A stretch of DNA of 64,000 bases from Myxococcota bacterium (GTDB lineage: Bacteria > Myxococcota_A > Polyangia > Nannocystales > Nannocystaceae), in assembly GCA_039028615.1 (NCBI GenBank), contig JBCCHT010000003.1, positions 96,001 to 160,000 of the forward strand, written 5' to 3'. Below are positions 19,747 to 29,099 of this stretch, in pieces (the first letter of the stretch is position 1; each line of letters starts with the position of its first letter). The notes beneath the pieces were generated by a model. It did not search any database. It saw nothing but the letters and a program-made list of their open reading frames with translations, and had not been told where the DNA came from. The translations under genes were made by a program, and so were the position numbers.

Positions 19747-20838
19747 TCAGACGGGTCGATACACGAGCACGTCGCAGATGGGGTCCGAGCCCACGCCTTC
19801 CTGCCCCGTGATCATGATCCGCAGGTCGTCCCCGCTCCCTACGCTGGTGATGCCCCCCGCGAACCCGACGTACTCGGGCGGGAGCTCGGTGACCGACAGC
19901 GCTTGCAGGTCGGTATCGAAGCTCGCGATGGCTCGGGTCGGTGCATCGAAATCGCTGAGGGTCACGTACAGGGCACCATCGGCGGCCAGCGTCAGGTAGA
20001 TGGCCGCGGTCAGCGACACGGGCCCGGCGACCTGAGTGCCGCGGGCGTCGTACTTGCGCAGGTTCACCGGGTCGCCGCTGTTGAGGGGGTTGGAGACGAT
20101 CGAGGTCAGCACGTAGTGATTGCCGCTGGCATCCACCGCGACGTCGAGCGGCACCTCGTGCACGTCGATCGAGCCCACCACCGTGCCGCTGCCCGGCTCG
20201 ATGCGCAGCACCTGGCCGTTGCCGGGCGCCCCGTTGCACGCGTACAGCGACTGTTCACCGTCGACCACTGCGTGAGTCAGGCCCAGCAACAGCGCGTCGG
20301 GAATGGTGACGCCGTCTTCGCCCCACAGCGGCTCGCCCGTGGCCCCGTCCCACTTGAGCAGGCGCTCGCCGCTGGTATTGCCCCCCTGGCTGACGACCAC
20401 GCCGCCCGCGTCGTCGAGCGACAGGTCGGTGCCGAAGCTGGTCGAGATGCTCGGGTTCGCGACCGTCTCGAGCATGCCGTCCGCGTAGCGCTCGAGATCG
20501 TCCTGGTTGTAGTTCCACAGGAAGATCTCACCGCCCGCCCCGACGTCCATACCCTTGGTCGAGACCACCGAGTTCACGTCGATGATCGTGTCGAGCTCGA
20601 GCTGCCCCGAGGGTGGATCGCCCGAGGTGCTCTCGTCGGCGGAAGTCTCCGTTCCGGCCTCGGTCGTGCCCTCGTCGGTCTCGTCGACACTGCCGCTGGA
20701 GTCGGTCAACGGCGCAGCCGTCGTCGTGGTCATACCCGTCTCGCCGGCCGCCGTGTCGGCTCCGCTTCCGCTCTCGTTCGCTTCGGGGGTGCAGGCCAAC
20801 AGCAGCGAGGCGATGGCGGTGAGGCGAGACCAGGTCAT
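19747..20838 (-). CDS. Lipoprotein, probable beta-propeller
   Basis: MTWSRLTAIASLLLAC lipobox; Thr/Glu linker; repeated beta units such as DVAVDASGNHYV and LAADGALYV. Confidence 0.7.
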   Translation of the reverse strand: MTWSRLTAIASLLLACTPEANESGSGADTAAGETGMTTTTAAPLTDSSGSVDETDEGTTEAGTETSADESTSGDPPSGQLELDTIIDVNSVVSTKGMDVGAGGEIFLWNYNQDDLERYADGMLETVANPSISTSFGTDLSLDDAGGVVVSQGGNTSGERLLKWDGATGEPLWGEDGVTIPDALLLGLTHAVVDGEQSLYACNGAPGNGQVLRIEPGSGTVVGSIDVHEVPLDVAVDASGNHYVLTSIVSNPLNSGDPVNLRKYDARGTQVAGPVSLTAAIYLTLAADGALYVTLSDFDAPTRAIASFDTDLQALSVTELPPEYVGFAGGITSVGSGDDLRIMITGQEGVGSDPICDVLVYRPV

Positions 20839-20897
20839 GCCCGAGTCTATCAAGTCCGACGAACGCACCGAGTCGTGGGGGCTATGATGTGCGCGCC

Positions 20898-21680
20898 GTG
20901 GGCGACACCTACGATCCCGAGCTCTACGATCTGTTTCATCCGCCCCAGGCGGAGGACAGCGACATCGCGCTCTACCAGCAGCTCGCGTGCGACAGTGGGG
21001 GCCCGGTACTCGAGCTGGGCGTGGGCACGGGGCGGACGCTGCTGCCCATCGCCCGTGATGGCATCCCGATCGTCGGCATGGATACATCGCCTCGCATGCT
21101 CGAGGCGTTGCGCCAGCGGCTCGCCGCCGAGGAGCCCGAAGTCCGCGCCCGCGTACGAATCGAGAACGGGGACATGCGGCAGTTCTCGCTGGACGAGACC
21201 TTCTCGCTGATCACCATCCCGTTTCGGGGATTCCTGCACAACCGCACCAAGGGGGATCAGAAGGCCTGCCTGCGTGCATGCCATCGGCACCTGCGCTCGG
21301 GCGGGGAGCTGGCCTTCAGCGTGTTCCACCCTTCACTCGAGTTCGGCCGCGACGACGACTCGCTGGTCTCCGGGGTGTGGCGCTGGCGAGGCAGCCGCGA
21401 GCGCGAAGACGGAGGCCACGTCGATCTGTCCGAGTGCACGATCTACGACACCGAAGCGCAGCGGCTCTCGGCTCGCCTGCGCTACGAGGCCTACGACGCC
21501 CGCGGTCGCCTCGAGTACGCCCACATGCATCGCCTCGAGCTGGGCTACCTGTACCCCACCGACATCCGCGGCCTGCTCGGCGAGATGGGCTTCGTCGACG
21601 TTCACATCGAGGGAGGCTTCGCGGGCGCTCCCTTTGCCGAGGACGCCAAAGAACTCATCGTGCGGGCGCGTCGACCGTGA
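20898..21680 (+). CDS. Class I SAM-dependent methyltransferase
   Basis: VLELGVGTGR motif I, GMDTS, GDMRQF, LRSGGEL; start GTG 20889 or 20898. Confidence 0.9.
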   Translation: MGDTYDPELYDLFHPPQAEDSDIALYQQLACDSGGPVLELGVGTGRTLLPIARDGIPIVGMDTSPRMLEALRQRLAAEEPEVRARVRIENGDMRQFSLDETFSLITIPFRGFLHNRTKGDQKACLRACHRHLRSGGELAFSVFHPSLEFGRDDDSLVSGVWRWRGSREREDGGHVDLSECTIYDTEAQRLSARLRYEAYDARGRLEYAHMHRLELGYLYPTDIRGLLGEMGFVDVHIEGGFAGAPFAEDAKELIVRARRP

Positions 21681-22644
21681 GCCCCAGCTCGTTCATCAGC
21701 ACGCGCAGGGGCTCTTCGACCCCGCTTCGATGCAGGAGGCTGAGGACGGGCTCGATGACCCCGTTGAAGATCCGCTCGAGGGCCGCGGCATCGTGCAGCG
21801 TCATGGCGCGGATCTTGGTGATGCCGTCGCGATAGGCCTCGACCATGCGATAGACGCAGTACGAAGCCGCCCCGGAGGGAAAGATGATCGCCTGGGCGGC
21901 GGCGAGGGCTTCGGCGTCGTCGCGGGCGCGCTCGACCAGGGACTCGAAGTGGTCGCGATCGGGGTGCGGCGCGGTCAGGCCGTACAGGATCGCGAGGTTG
22001 TTGCGCGGCCGAGCCCAGTCGGCACTGGCTGGTTGGTCGAGCGCATCGCGGAGGTCGTCGCTCACCTGGATGAGCCGTCCCAGCGGGCCGCCCAGGGCAT
22101 CGAGGGCATCGGCCAGCGCAGGCGAGGCACCGCCGATCGTCCCGCCCATGGCCAGTGCACAGCCGAACAGCGGCGGGGTCTTGAGGTCGACGACCCGCCA
22201 GTACTCGTCCTCGTCGGCGCAGGGCTGGATGTCGATGTGCTGGGCCATCGAGGTCTGCATGTTCATGCGCGCCAGCCGAACCGTGAGGTCGTGCTCTACT
22301 GCCGCCTCGAGGCCGCCCTCGGCGATCGCTCGCGATGCCGCCGACTGGAAGCTGAGCGCCATGTTGGCGACTTGCCCCGGTCCCAGCGTGCGATAGAGGC
22401 CATCGGGTTCCTCGTCGAGCATGTCGTCGACGAGGTGGATGGCCCCCAGCATGGAGAAGATCGCGATGGCGGCGGGCAGCGAGCGCTCGGGTTCGCTACC
22501 GACCGCGACGCAGGCCCACGGACAGTAGTCCCAGCAGGGCATGCCGCCGCGGAGCACCGTGCGCAGGACGAAGTCCCGCATCGGCGGGATCCCGTCCAGT
22601 TCGGGCATCGCCAGCAGACTCTGCTGGATTTGTTGCAGCGCCAT
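21655..22644 (-). CDS. Isoprenyl-diphosphate-synthase-fold prenyltransferase (ComQ-like)
   Basis: Asp-rich motifs HLVDDMLD and QVSDDLRD, Q..D (AQHID), KT motif (LKTPPLF); lacks the RRG after the first motif typical of chain-elongating synthases. Confidence 0.8.
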   Translation of the reverse strand: MALQQIQQSLLAMPELDGIPPMRDFVLRTVLRGGMPCWDYCPWACVAVGSEPERSLPAAIAIFSMLGAIHLVDDMLDEEPDGLYRTLGPGQVANMALSFQSAASRAIAEGGLEAAVEHDLTVRLARMNMQTSMAQHIDIQPCADEDEYWRVVDLKTPPLFGCALAMGGTIGGASPALADALDALGGPLGRLIQVSDDLRDALDQPASADWARPRNNLAILYGLTAPHPDRDHFESLVERARDDAEALAAAQAIIFPSGAASYCVYRMVEAYRDGITKIRAMTLHDAAALERIFNGVIEPVLSLLHRSGVEEPLRVLMNELGLTVDAPAR

Positions 22645-22662
22645 GCGCGGGCGAAACGGAGA

Positions 22663-22977
22663 CTAGCTGGTGGTCTCGGTGGGCGTCGCCTCGTGCCAGA
22701 CCGTCCAGGCGGCGAGCTCGGAGCGGGTGTCGGTCGCGTTCCACACCTGCCAGCCATGCATCTGCGACTGGGCTTTGGCGGCGCCCCAAGGGGTCCAGGC
22801 GCTGAGCTGAGCGCTCTGCTCTTGGGCGCCCCAGGGGTCCCAGTGGTTGAGCTGGGCGTTGGTGCCCCCGGTCAGCTCGCCATCGTGCTGGTAGTCGCAG
22901 ACGCGGCGCAGCGCGACGGCCCAGGGATCATCGTCGCCATTGGCGATCAAGCGCTGATGAAAATCCTTGATGTCCAT
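22663..22977 (-). CDS. 104-aa Trp-repeat peptide, candidate multi-core RiPP precursor
   Basis: MDIKDF...DGELTGG then four 15-aa units with WxxW (W46/49, 61/64, 76/79, 91/94); stop 18 nt before the prenyltransferase ATG. Confidence 0.75.
   Translation of the reverse strand: MDIKDFHQRLIANGDDDPWAVALRRVCDYQHDGELTGGTNAQLNHWDPWGAQEQSAQLSAWTPWGAAKAQSQMHGWQVWNATDTRSELAAWTVWHEATPTETTS
22681..22860 (-). repeat. Four degenerate 45-bp tandem units encoding WxxW cores
   Basis: NAQLNHWDPWGAQEQ / SAQLSAWTPWGAAKA / QSQMHGWQVWNATDT / RSELAAWTVWHEATP; DNA similarity visible between 22781-22813 and 22826-22858. Confidence 0.85.
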
Positions 22978-23028
22978 GCCGAACAACCATGCCTGATGTC
23001 GCGATGAGTTACTCGGCGTTCGCTCACG

Positions 23029-23074
23029 ACTTGGACACGAATCGTGCCGCCCGATTTCGCTTTTCGTGCCAAGT
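23029..23074 (-). promoter_or_regulatory. Candidate regulatory repeats upstream of the peptide gene
   Basis: TCGTGCC at 23042-23048 and 23064-23070 (22-bp period; GGCACGA on minus strand) plus imperfect inverted ACTTGGACACGA / TCGTGCCAAGT. Confidence 0.35.
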
Positions 23075-23126
23075 CGCGGACTCGCCCTGAAGGTCCGTAT
23101 CCGGAACCCGGGGCTGCGACGGTCGT

Positions 23127-23552
23127 TCACTCGGACGAGACGGTATCGGAGCCTGGTGTGATCTCGACCTCGACCCACGCTGGCTCACGCTCAGGCACGT
23201 CGAAGCTGACCCGCACGTTGTCTTCGGGGGGGGCCTTCACATCGGCGGGGCGACTGAAAGAAAAGTGGCCGTCCTCGTCCGTGGTGATTTGAAAGTCGTG
23301 TTGCCACCCGGTCCAGGAGACCGAGAGGTTGACGTAGGGGAGCTCCGCATCCGCGGTGTCCACAGTGCAACGCGCACGCCCCTCGAGGGTGAGTCCCTCG
23401 GTGTCGGAACCTATCGCCGACAGTTCCGTGAAGGTCGCCGCGTCGGCCGGACACTTCGCCCCTTCGAAACCGTATATGTAGTCCGGCTGCTGGACTGTGC
23501 TGCAACCGATGAGAGGGAGTGCGAGTACTGCTACCGATTGGAGTCGTTTCAT
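23127..23552 (-). CDS. Hypothetical lipoprotein
   Basis: MKRLQSVAVLALPLIGC lipobox; small beta-rich domain. Confidence 0.65.
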   Translation of the reverse strand: MKRLQSVAVLALPLIGCSTVQQPDYIYGFEGAKCPADAATFTELSAIGSDTEGLTLEGRARCTVDTADAELPYVNLSVSWTGWQHDFQITTDEDGHFSFSRPADVKAPPEDNVRVSFDVPEREPAWVEVEITPGSDTVSSE

Positions 23553-23944
23553 TTTCGTTGCCAGTTGGTGCTCGCGATGCCTACCGGCATCGAGTTCCAC
23601 AGCTCACCGGTGCGGGGGGCCGTGGATGAACGCGTTGTCGGCCGAGGACCACGTTTCGGTGACGGTCGCCGCCCGCGTTGTTCCAGAACGAGCTGCCTTG
23701 GATGGACCCTGAGGTGGGTGACTACGGCGAACGTCATGGGGTGGAGCCCGGCTCGGTCGCTCAGGTGGCTCGAGCCGGGGCATGGGGTAGATGACGACCT
23801 CCGCCCCAATCATTCATCCCGATCGATTTTTCCTCGCAGTGGATGGAGACCCGGCCGGTCGTGGGATGGAGGAGACCGTCCGACCACGATGGCGCGATGG
23901 GTAACGTCGAAGTCGAAGCCGCCGAAATCCGACGTTCCGCAGGC

Positions 23945-25207
23945 TCAGCCACCAAGCGGCGTATAGAGCACTTGGCACCCCGGCGGTAGGTCCTCGGCCC
24001 AGTGCCAGGCCAACAGCGAGCACTCGGAGCCGCGCAACGCCTGACGCAACGAGACGAATTGCTGGACGGTCATCCCCGAGTCCTCGATGCGAACCGTGAT
24101 GTCGGAGGAGATCGTCGCTGCCCATCGCTCGATGCCGGAAGGGTCGGCGATCGTCGCACGGAGCTTCACTTCACCGTGTGCGGTCTCGCGAACCTCGAAG
24201 TGCTCGCCGTTCACACCCACGACGAACGACGCCGACTCGAGCGGTCGATCGTCGATGATCGTCTCCGCGCCGAAGTGGCGTTCGCCCAGCTGGACCACCA
24301 GCACGTAGTCTGGCCCCTTCAGAGCCTCCGCGATCGACACGAGGGCCGACGCAGGCGCATCTCGGCTGGCAAAGACCAACACTTGCCACTCGTAGTCGTC
24401 CGTGGCAGGCGACTGCACGCCGATCGCGGAGAATTGCTCGGTCAGCCAGCGCTCGAGCTCTGCACCGTCGTCCGGGACCCCGCCACGGAGGGGGAGGGTC
24501 GGCCCTCCCGGCAATGAGATCTCGGTCGCGCTCACCTGCACGGCGATCCCCTCGCGCAGGACGGCACCCTCGGTCTTGGCCTCGGGCAACACCGCCTCGG
24601 TCTGTACCGACATCCTGGGGTAGGCAAACAGCCCGATCGCCTCACGAGCGAGCGGGGCGGGGATCTCGGCGTCGAGCAGCACGCGATGGAAGATCAAGCC
24701 ATCAACCGATACGCGATCGAGCACCCATGGCATGACATCACCCAGCTCGATGCGGTCGAACTGGCAGCGGCGCATCACCTCCGGCCGGCGTTGTTCGGGA
24801 GGCATCGTGCCGATTTCATCGAACACCGTGGTGTCGACACAGACTCGAGCGCGCCAACGTCGGTAGCGCTCGGCCTCGGCCTCGGTGGCCTGGTACTCGA
24901 GCAAATTGGGCCTCGCGGGATGCTCGTCCCTGCCCCTCCAGGCGAAGATCTCCAGTCGATGCTTCAGCTCAGGTGTCAGGCCGGGACAACTCCGGAGCAG
25001 CAGGTCTCGAACCATCGCATGACCCAAATGACGGTCTGGGGTCAGGTCTCCGTACCAGGCTGGATGTTGGTTCCGCAGCGCCTGCGTGCGCGTGACTCCC
25101 TCGCGGAGGACGTCAGCATTACACTCGATCCGGTCCCTCTTCGAGCACCCCACGACAAGGCTCGCGGACAGAAGGCAGCTGATGATCGAGGTCCTCGAGC
25201 CTCGCAT
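23945..25207 (-). CDS. Hypothetical lipoprotein, possibly with degenerate ExbD-like C-terminal domains
   Basis: LVVGC lipobox; paired Cys; VLVFASRDAPASALVSIAEAL and ITVRIEDSGMTVQQFVSLRQAL resemble ExbD periplasmic motifs. Confidence 0.55.
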   Translation of the reverse strand: MRGSRTSIISCLLSASLVVGCSKRDRIECNADVLREGVTRTQALRNQHPAWYGDLTPDRHLGHAMVRDLLLRSCPGLTPELKHRLEIFAWRGRDEHPARPNLLEYQATEAEAERYRRWRARVCVDTTVFDEIGTMPPEQRRPEVMRRCQFDRIELGDVMPWVLDRVSVDGLIFHRVLLDAEIPAPLAREAIGLFAYPRMSVQTEAVLPEAKTEGAVLREGIAVQVSATEISLPGGPTLPLRGGVPDDGAELERWLTEQFSAIGVQSPATDDYEWQVLVFASRDAPASALVSIAEALKGPDYVLVVQLGERHFGAETIIDDRPLESASFVVGVNGEHFEVRETAHGEVKLRATIADPSGIERWAATISSDITVRIEDSGMTVQQFVSLRQALRGSECSLLAWHWAEDLPPGCQVLYTPLGG

Positions 25208-25465
25208 TTTTCCGAGTATAGCGGAGAGGCGTGGTCCCACGGATGCGTATGACCCTCGGGGCACACGCCGATATTCCGACGAGAATTCGTCCTCGCGCGC
25301 AACACCTCGTGTTCACTCCAAGTCTCCCCGGAAGATGCAAACCACCGCCAAAGAGGAACCACAGGGCCACCGCTACTACTTCTAGCGCAACGCGCCGAGC
25401 ACCCAGCGCTGCTGATAGGCGGCGCTGGGGTTGTCGACCTGTACCGTGATCGTGCCGTCGCCGAC

Positions 25466-26182
25466 TCACAGATTCAGGTGCGTCTTGATCGTGGAGCACC
25501 ACGCCTTTTGGAAATCGTTGGGGCTGTCGTAGTAGCCGCCCGAGTGGCTCTTGTACTTCTTGGTCATCAACCCGGGCGCGCCATCGGGGAGGCCGAAGAA
25601 GTGGCCGACCTCGTGGCGCTTGTCGTAGAGCTTGCTGACGTTGTCGGCGGCCACGATGTTGGGCGCGTAGTACTTGCCGGGCACGTTGCCCGAGCCGCTG
25701 CTGGTCTGGGGCTTGGCGGTCACCTTCTCGAAGAACGCGACGTGGAAGAAGCGCGGATCGGGCGGGGCAAAGCCCAGGGCGCGCAGGGCCGCTTCACCGT
25801 GGAGCGTGTAGTACTTTTTGCTCGGCTTCACCTTGCCGGAGTCGGTGACGAAGATCTTTTTCTTGCCGGGTAGCTTGCTCTCGTCGTTGCCTTCGTTGAT
25901 GACCCCGTCGATATGCGTGAGGTCTTCGCAGTTCGCATTGGTGCCGTCGATCCACCACTGGACCTGCTCGACCCATTGGCTGGCTTCTTTGATCTTGGCC
26001 GCCTTGGGGCCGCTATAGAACTTGATGTGGAGGTCGAGTCGGGTGCTCTCCTTCTCGTCGTTGTCGGGCTGGCCTTGTTCCTCGCCGGACGGGTTCTGCC
26101 CGGCGTCGTCTTCTTTGGGGGGCTCGGGGGCGTCGAAGGACAGCCCCAGGAGGGAAATACCGATGAGCAATACGCGTAGCAT
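25466..26182 (-). CDS. Secreted metzincin-like zinc metalloprotease domain protein
   Basis: Signal MLRVLLIGISLLGLSF; HEVGHFFGLPD (HExxHxxGxxD) followed by Met-turn GLM. Confidence 0.65.
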   Translation of the reverse strand: MLRVLLIGISLLGLSFDAPEPPKEDDAGQNPSGEEQGQPDNDEKESTRLDLHIKFYSGPKAAKIKEASQWVEQVQWWIDGTNANCEDLTHIDGVINEGNDESKLPGKKKIFVTDSGKVKPSKKYYTLHGEAALRALGFAPPDPRFFHVAFFEKVTAKPQTSSGSGNVPGKYYAPNIVAADNVSKLYDKRHEVGHFFGLPDGAPGLMTKKYKSHSGGYYDSPNDFQKAWCSTIKTHLNL

Positions 26183-26295
26183 GGAGGTCTCTCGCTGTGT
26201 GTCAGCGGGAGACGGACGGCCACGCGAGTCGATTGCAAAAAGTACGAGCAAAGGGCTCGACCCCACGCGAGCGCGGGGTCGAGCGCTCCGGCTGG

Positions 26296-27402
26296 CTAGT
26301 CGGCGTTCACGGCCTCGCAGGCGGCGTCGAAGAGCGGCTGGCAAGTAAAGAACGCACCCGGGCTCACGGCCGCGTGTCCCAGCGACGCCGAGAACAGACC
26401 GTCGCAGTGGCTGAACGTGCCCTGCTCGGTGCTCCAGCCGTCGAGCGAGCTGCGGTTCAGGGTCACCTCGAACGAGCCGGGGCCGCTGCCGACCGACGCC
26501 AGGGTCAGGGTGGTGCCGTCGCAGCTGAACTCGGCCTCCTGCATGCAGCTGGCGTCCATGTTGGCGTTGGCGTGGGCCATCATGGTCTCGAGCGGGTCGG
26601 TGTACACCGGGCACTCGGTCATGCAACCGGTGGTGTCGTCCGGCACGCCGCAGCCGCAGATCCCCGCCTCGGTCTTGTCCGGGTCGTCGGGGCACTCGTC
26701 GGCCTCGGTCTCCAGCACGAGGACGGGAGCGTTGCCCGACTCGATGGAGTCGAAGCGAACGCGCCCGGGGCTCGAGTCGTCGCGCTTGCGGACGATCCAG
26801 CCGCCGATCGGCATGCCGTTGACGACATCGGCGGTCACGTCGAACTCGATGATCCCGTCGTCACCGTTGGCGATGTCGTGGCTGGCGGTCGCGGTGGTGT
26901 CGTAGGGCGGGGTGCCCTGCTGCCCGTGCTGCCAGCGGGGGTCACAATCGATGGAGGTATTGCTGGTGTCGGTATCGTCGGGGCAGGTCCAGGTCGCGTT
27001 GTTGGTCCACGCCTGCGTCATCGCGTGCACATCGAGCGTGCCGCCGGCCGCTGGCCAGTTCGCCGCGGGCACGGCCACGCTCAGCTGCAGGGTGGCCGAG
27101 ATGATGGAGTCGGTGCCGACGACCGCGTCGATATCCGCGGGGTCGAACTGGATGAGGCTGCGGTGCTTGCCCGACTGCTTGATGCTCAGGAAGGTCTGGT
27201 CGCTGTCGGATTGATAGGGGCGACCGAAGCGGATGAAGGTGTCGGCCGAGGCGTCGACGGTGGCGCTCGAAGAGCGAAAGTCGACCTCGCCCTCAGCGAC
27301 GTCGAGGTCGTCGATGAGCTCGTCTTCGACGATGCAGCCGGAGAACGTGGACAGAGCGAGGGCACAGAGGCCGAGGGTTGCGGGATGTTTGATCATGAAC
27401 AT
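26296..27402 (-). CDS. DNRLRE-domain exported protein with Cys-rich C-terminus
   Basis: Lipobox FSGC; ADTFI...RSLIQFD...SATLQL...ATW...FDVT...PVLVL pattern; DECPDDPDKTEAGICGCGVPD repeat. Confidence 0.7.
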   Translation of the reverse strand: MFMIKHPATLGLCALALSTFSGCIVEDELIDDLDVAEGEVDFRSSSATVDASADTFIRFGRPYQSDSDQTFLSIKQSGKHRSLIQFDPADIDAVVGTDSIISATLQLSVAVPAANWPAAGGTLDVHAMTQAWTNNATWTCPDDTDTSNTSIDCDPRWQHGQQGTPPYDTTATASHDIANGDDGIIEFDVTADVVNGMPIGGWIVRKRDDSSPGRVRFDSIESGNAPVLVLETEADECPDDPDKTEAGICGCGVPDDTTGCMTECPVYTDPLETMMAHANANMDASCMQEAEFSCDGTTLTLASVGSGPGSFEVTLNRSSLDGWSTEQGTFSHCDGLFSASLGHAAVSPGAFFTCQPLFDAACEAVNAD

Positions 27403-27733
27403 GGGAGCGAGTCCTTGCCGCCGCGCCCGATAGATGAAGGCCGGCGTGCGTCAGCCGAGGGAGTCCCGATCGATCGCGAATCCTCTCAAGCGTTCATGAA
27501 AAAGTTCGGAGGCCGGTCGCCCTTCGATCGGTTGGGGGCAAAGAGGCCCCAGACGTGTCGGGCAGAACCGACAGGTCGATCGATTTCGTGACCGAGCGTT
27601 CGAACTCGAAATGTACGGCGCGCCCGGTTGGATCCCTCGACCCACGGAGGGCGCAACGAACAGCGGCTCGGGCTTCGCCCGCCCTTGCGAGGCGGACACG
27701 AAGCTCGAGCCGTGCAGGGACTCGGGAGGAAGG

Positions 27734-28390
27734 TCAGGCGGCTTGCTCGAGCCCGCCGTCGCCGGGCAGCCCGAACTCCTTGCGAACCGCGGCCAGGGGC
27801 TCGGACCAGCGATGATCCCAACGGACGCCGAACAGCGGCTTGGCGGCGCGCCCGATGTTCCAGCCCCGCGTCACCGCTTCCATGGTGATCGCGATGTCCT
27901 CGGGGTGCTTGATCGTGGTGTGCAGCAGCCCGGCGGAGAGGATGGCCAGCGGAGGAGGGCCCTCGATCTGCGCCAGGTAGAACGACTGCAGCCCCAGCTC
28001 ACCGGGCACGTCCGTCTCGAACCCCGTGAGCACGTGCCAGATGTCGTGGGTCTGCTCGAAGTGCGAGTTGAGCCAGCCCATGCCGTCCTTGGGATGACGA
28101 CGAAACAACGCCGCGGGGTCGAGGCCATTGGCGCGGAGGTGATCGGCAAACACCCGCCCGAGGGAGCCGGGCGGCAGCCGTCCCAGCGTGTCGAGATCGG
28201 GGCACTCCATGGACCACGGATTCGCCAAGAAGGCGGCGATGGCCGGGTTGCCGCTCAGTTTTTCCAGGGCCTCGGGGTATTCGCGCTGGGTGGACTCGAT
28301 GAGGTCGAAGACCTTGTCGAGCTGGTTGGGGTCGCGAACCAATTGGACGTAGGTCCAGGCCGCGCGAAGGGTCTGTAGGGGTCCGGGCAT
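27734..28390 (-). CDS. Coq4-family protein
   Basis: LPPGSLGRVF and HDIWHVLTGFETDVPGE (HDxxH-x11-E). Confidence 0.85.
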   Translation of the reverse strand: MPGPLQTLRAAWTYVQLVRDPNQLDKVFDLIESTQREYPEALEKLSGNPAIAAFLANPWSMECPDLDTLGRLPPGSLGRVFADHLRANGLDPAALFRRHPKDGMGWLNSHFEQTHDIWHVLTGFETDVPGELGLQSFYLAQIEGPPPLAILSAGLLHTTIKHPEDIAITMEAVTRGWNIGRAAKPLFGVRWDHRWSEPLAAVRKEFGLPGDGGLEQAA

Positions 28391-28474
28391 GAGCGTCCCT
28401 TTTTTCGATTGCCTCACCATCCAGGATGAGGCCACGCTGTGGACCAGCAACTCGCGTTTGCTCAGTTCGGCTCG

Positions 28475-29092
28475 ATGCCCACAAACACCCAAAATCGCCG
28501 TCGTAGACCCCAGCAGGACCGGTCTCGGTCCACGGTCGAGGCCATCGTCGATGCAGCCGCTCAGATTTTGGAGGCGCAGGGTCCCCAACACGCCACCACC
28601 AACCACATCGCCGAACGCGCCGGGGTCAGCATCGGGACGCTCTACCAGTACTTCCCCAACAAGCAGGCGCTGTTCACCGAGCTGGCGCGGCGCTTCATCG
28701 AGGAGCTGGGCACGGCCACCGAGGAGTCGCTCGAGAGCATCTCCATGGGGCCGATGCAGGAGGTGGTGCCACAGTTTCTGCACACCCTGGGCCGGTTGCA
28801 CGGCACCTCGCCGCGCCTTCGCAGCTTCCTGTTTCAGCAACCGGGCAGCCAGGTGCTCATGCGCGACTTCAACGAGCGGATCGAGGCGGTGGTCGCTCGC
28901 GTGCTGGCGCGGCGTCCCGAGTTTCGCGATGGCAATCCCACGCTGACGGCCCAGGTCGTGGTGCGAGCGGTTGACGGCGTGATGCGAGACACCACCCTGC
29001 GCGAGCCCGAGCGGGTCCACGAGCGTGCGTTCATCGACGAGCTGTCGCGTCTCGTGCTCGGCTATCTCATGCTGAGCGCCACCGGGGGCTGA
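28475..29092 (+). CDS. TetR/AcrR-family regulator
   Basis: PQQDRSRSTVEAI...IAERAGVSIGTLYQYFPNK; divergent from the Coq4 gene, with AGCAA-N7-TTGCT at 28446-28462. Confidence 0.92.
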   Translation: MPTNTQNRRRRPQQDRSRSTVEAIVDAAAQILEAQGPQHATTNHIAERAGVSIGTLYQYFPNKQALFTELARRFIEELGTATEESLESISMGPMQEVVPQFLHTLGRLHGTSPRLRSFLFQQPGSQVLMRDFNERIEAVVARVLARRPEFRDGNPTLTAQVVVRAVDGVMRDTTLREPERVHERAFIDELSRLVLGYLMLSATGG

Positions 29093-29099
29093 GGCCGGC

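Noticed and set aside
22681..22860. 45-bp periodic repeats as a CRISPR array
   Set aside because: Degenerate, in-frame and protein-coding, with no repeat-spacer structure and no cas genes.
23042..23072. Sigma54 promoter for the peptide gene
   Set aside because: GGCACG -24-like boxes are present, but neither has a TTGC -12 at the right spacing.
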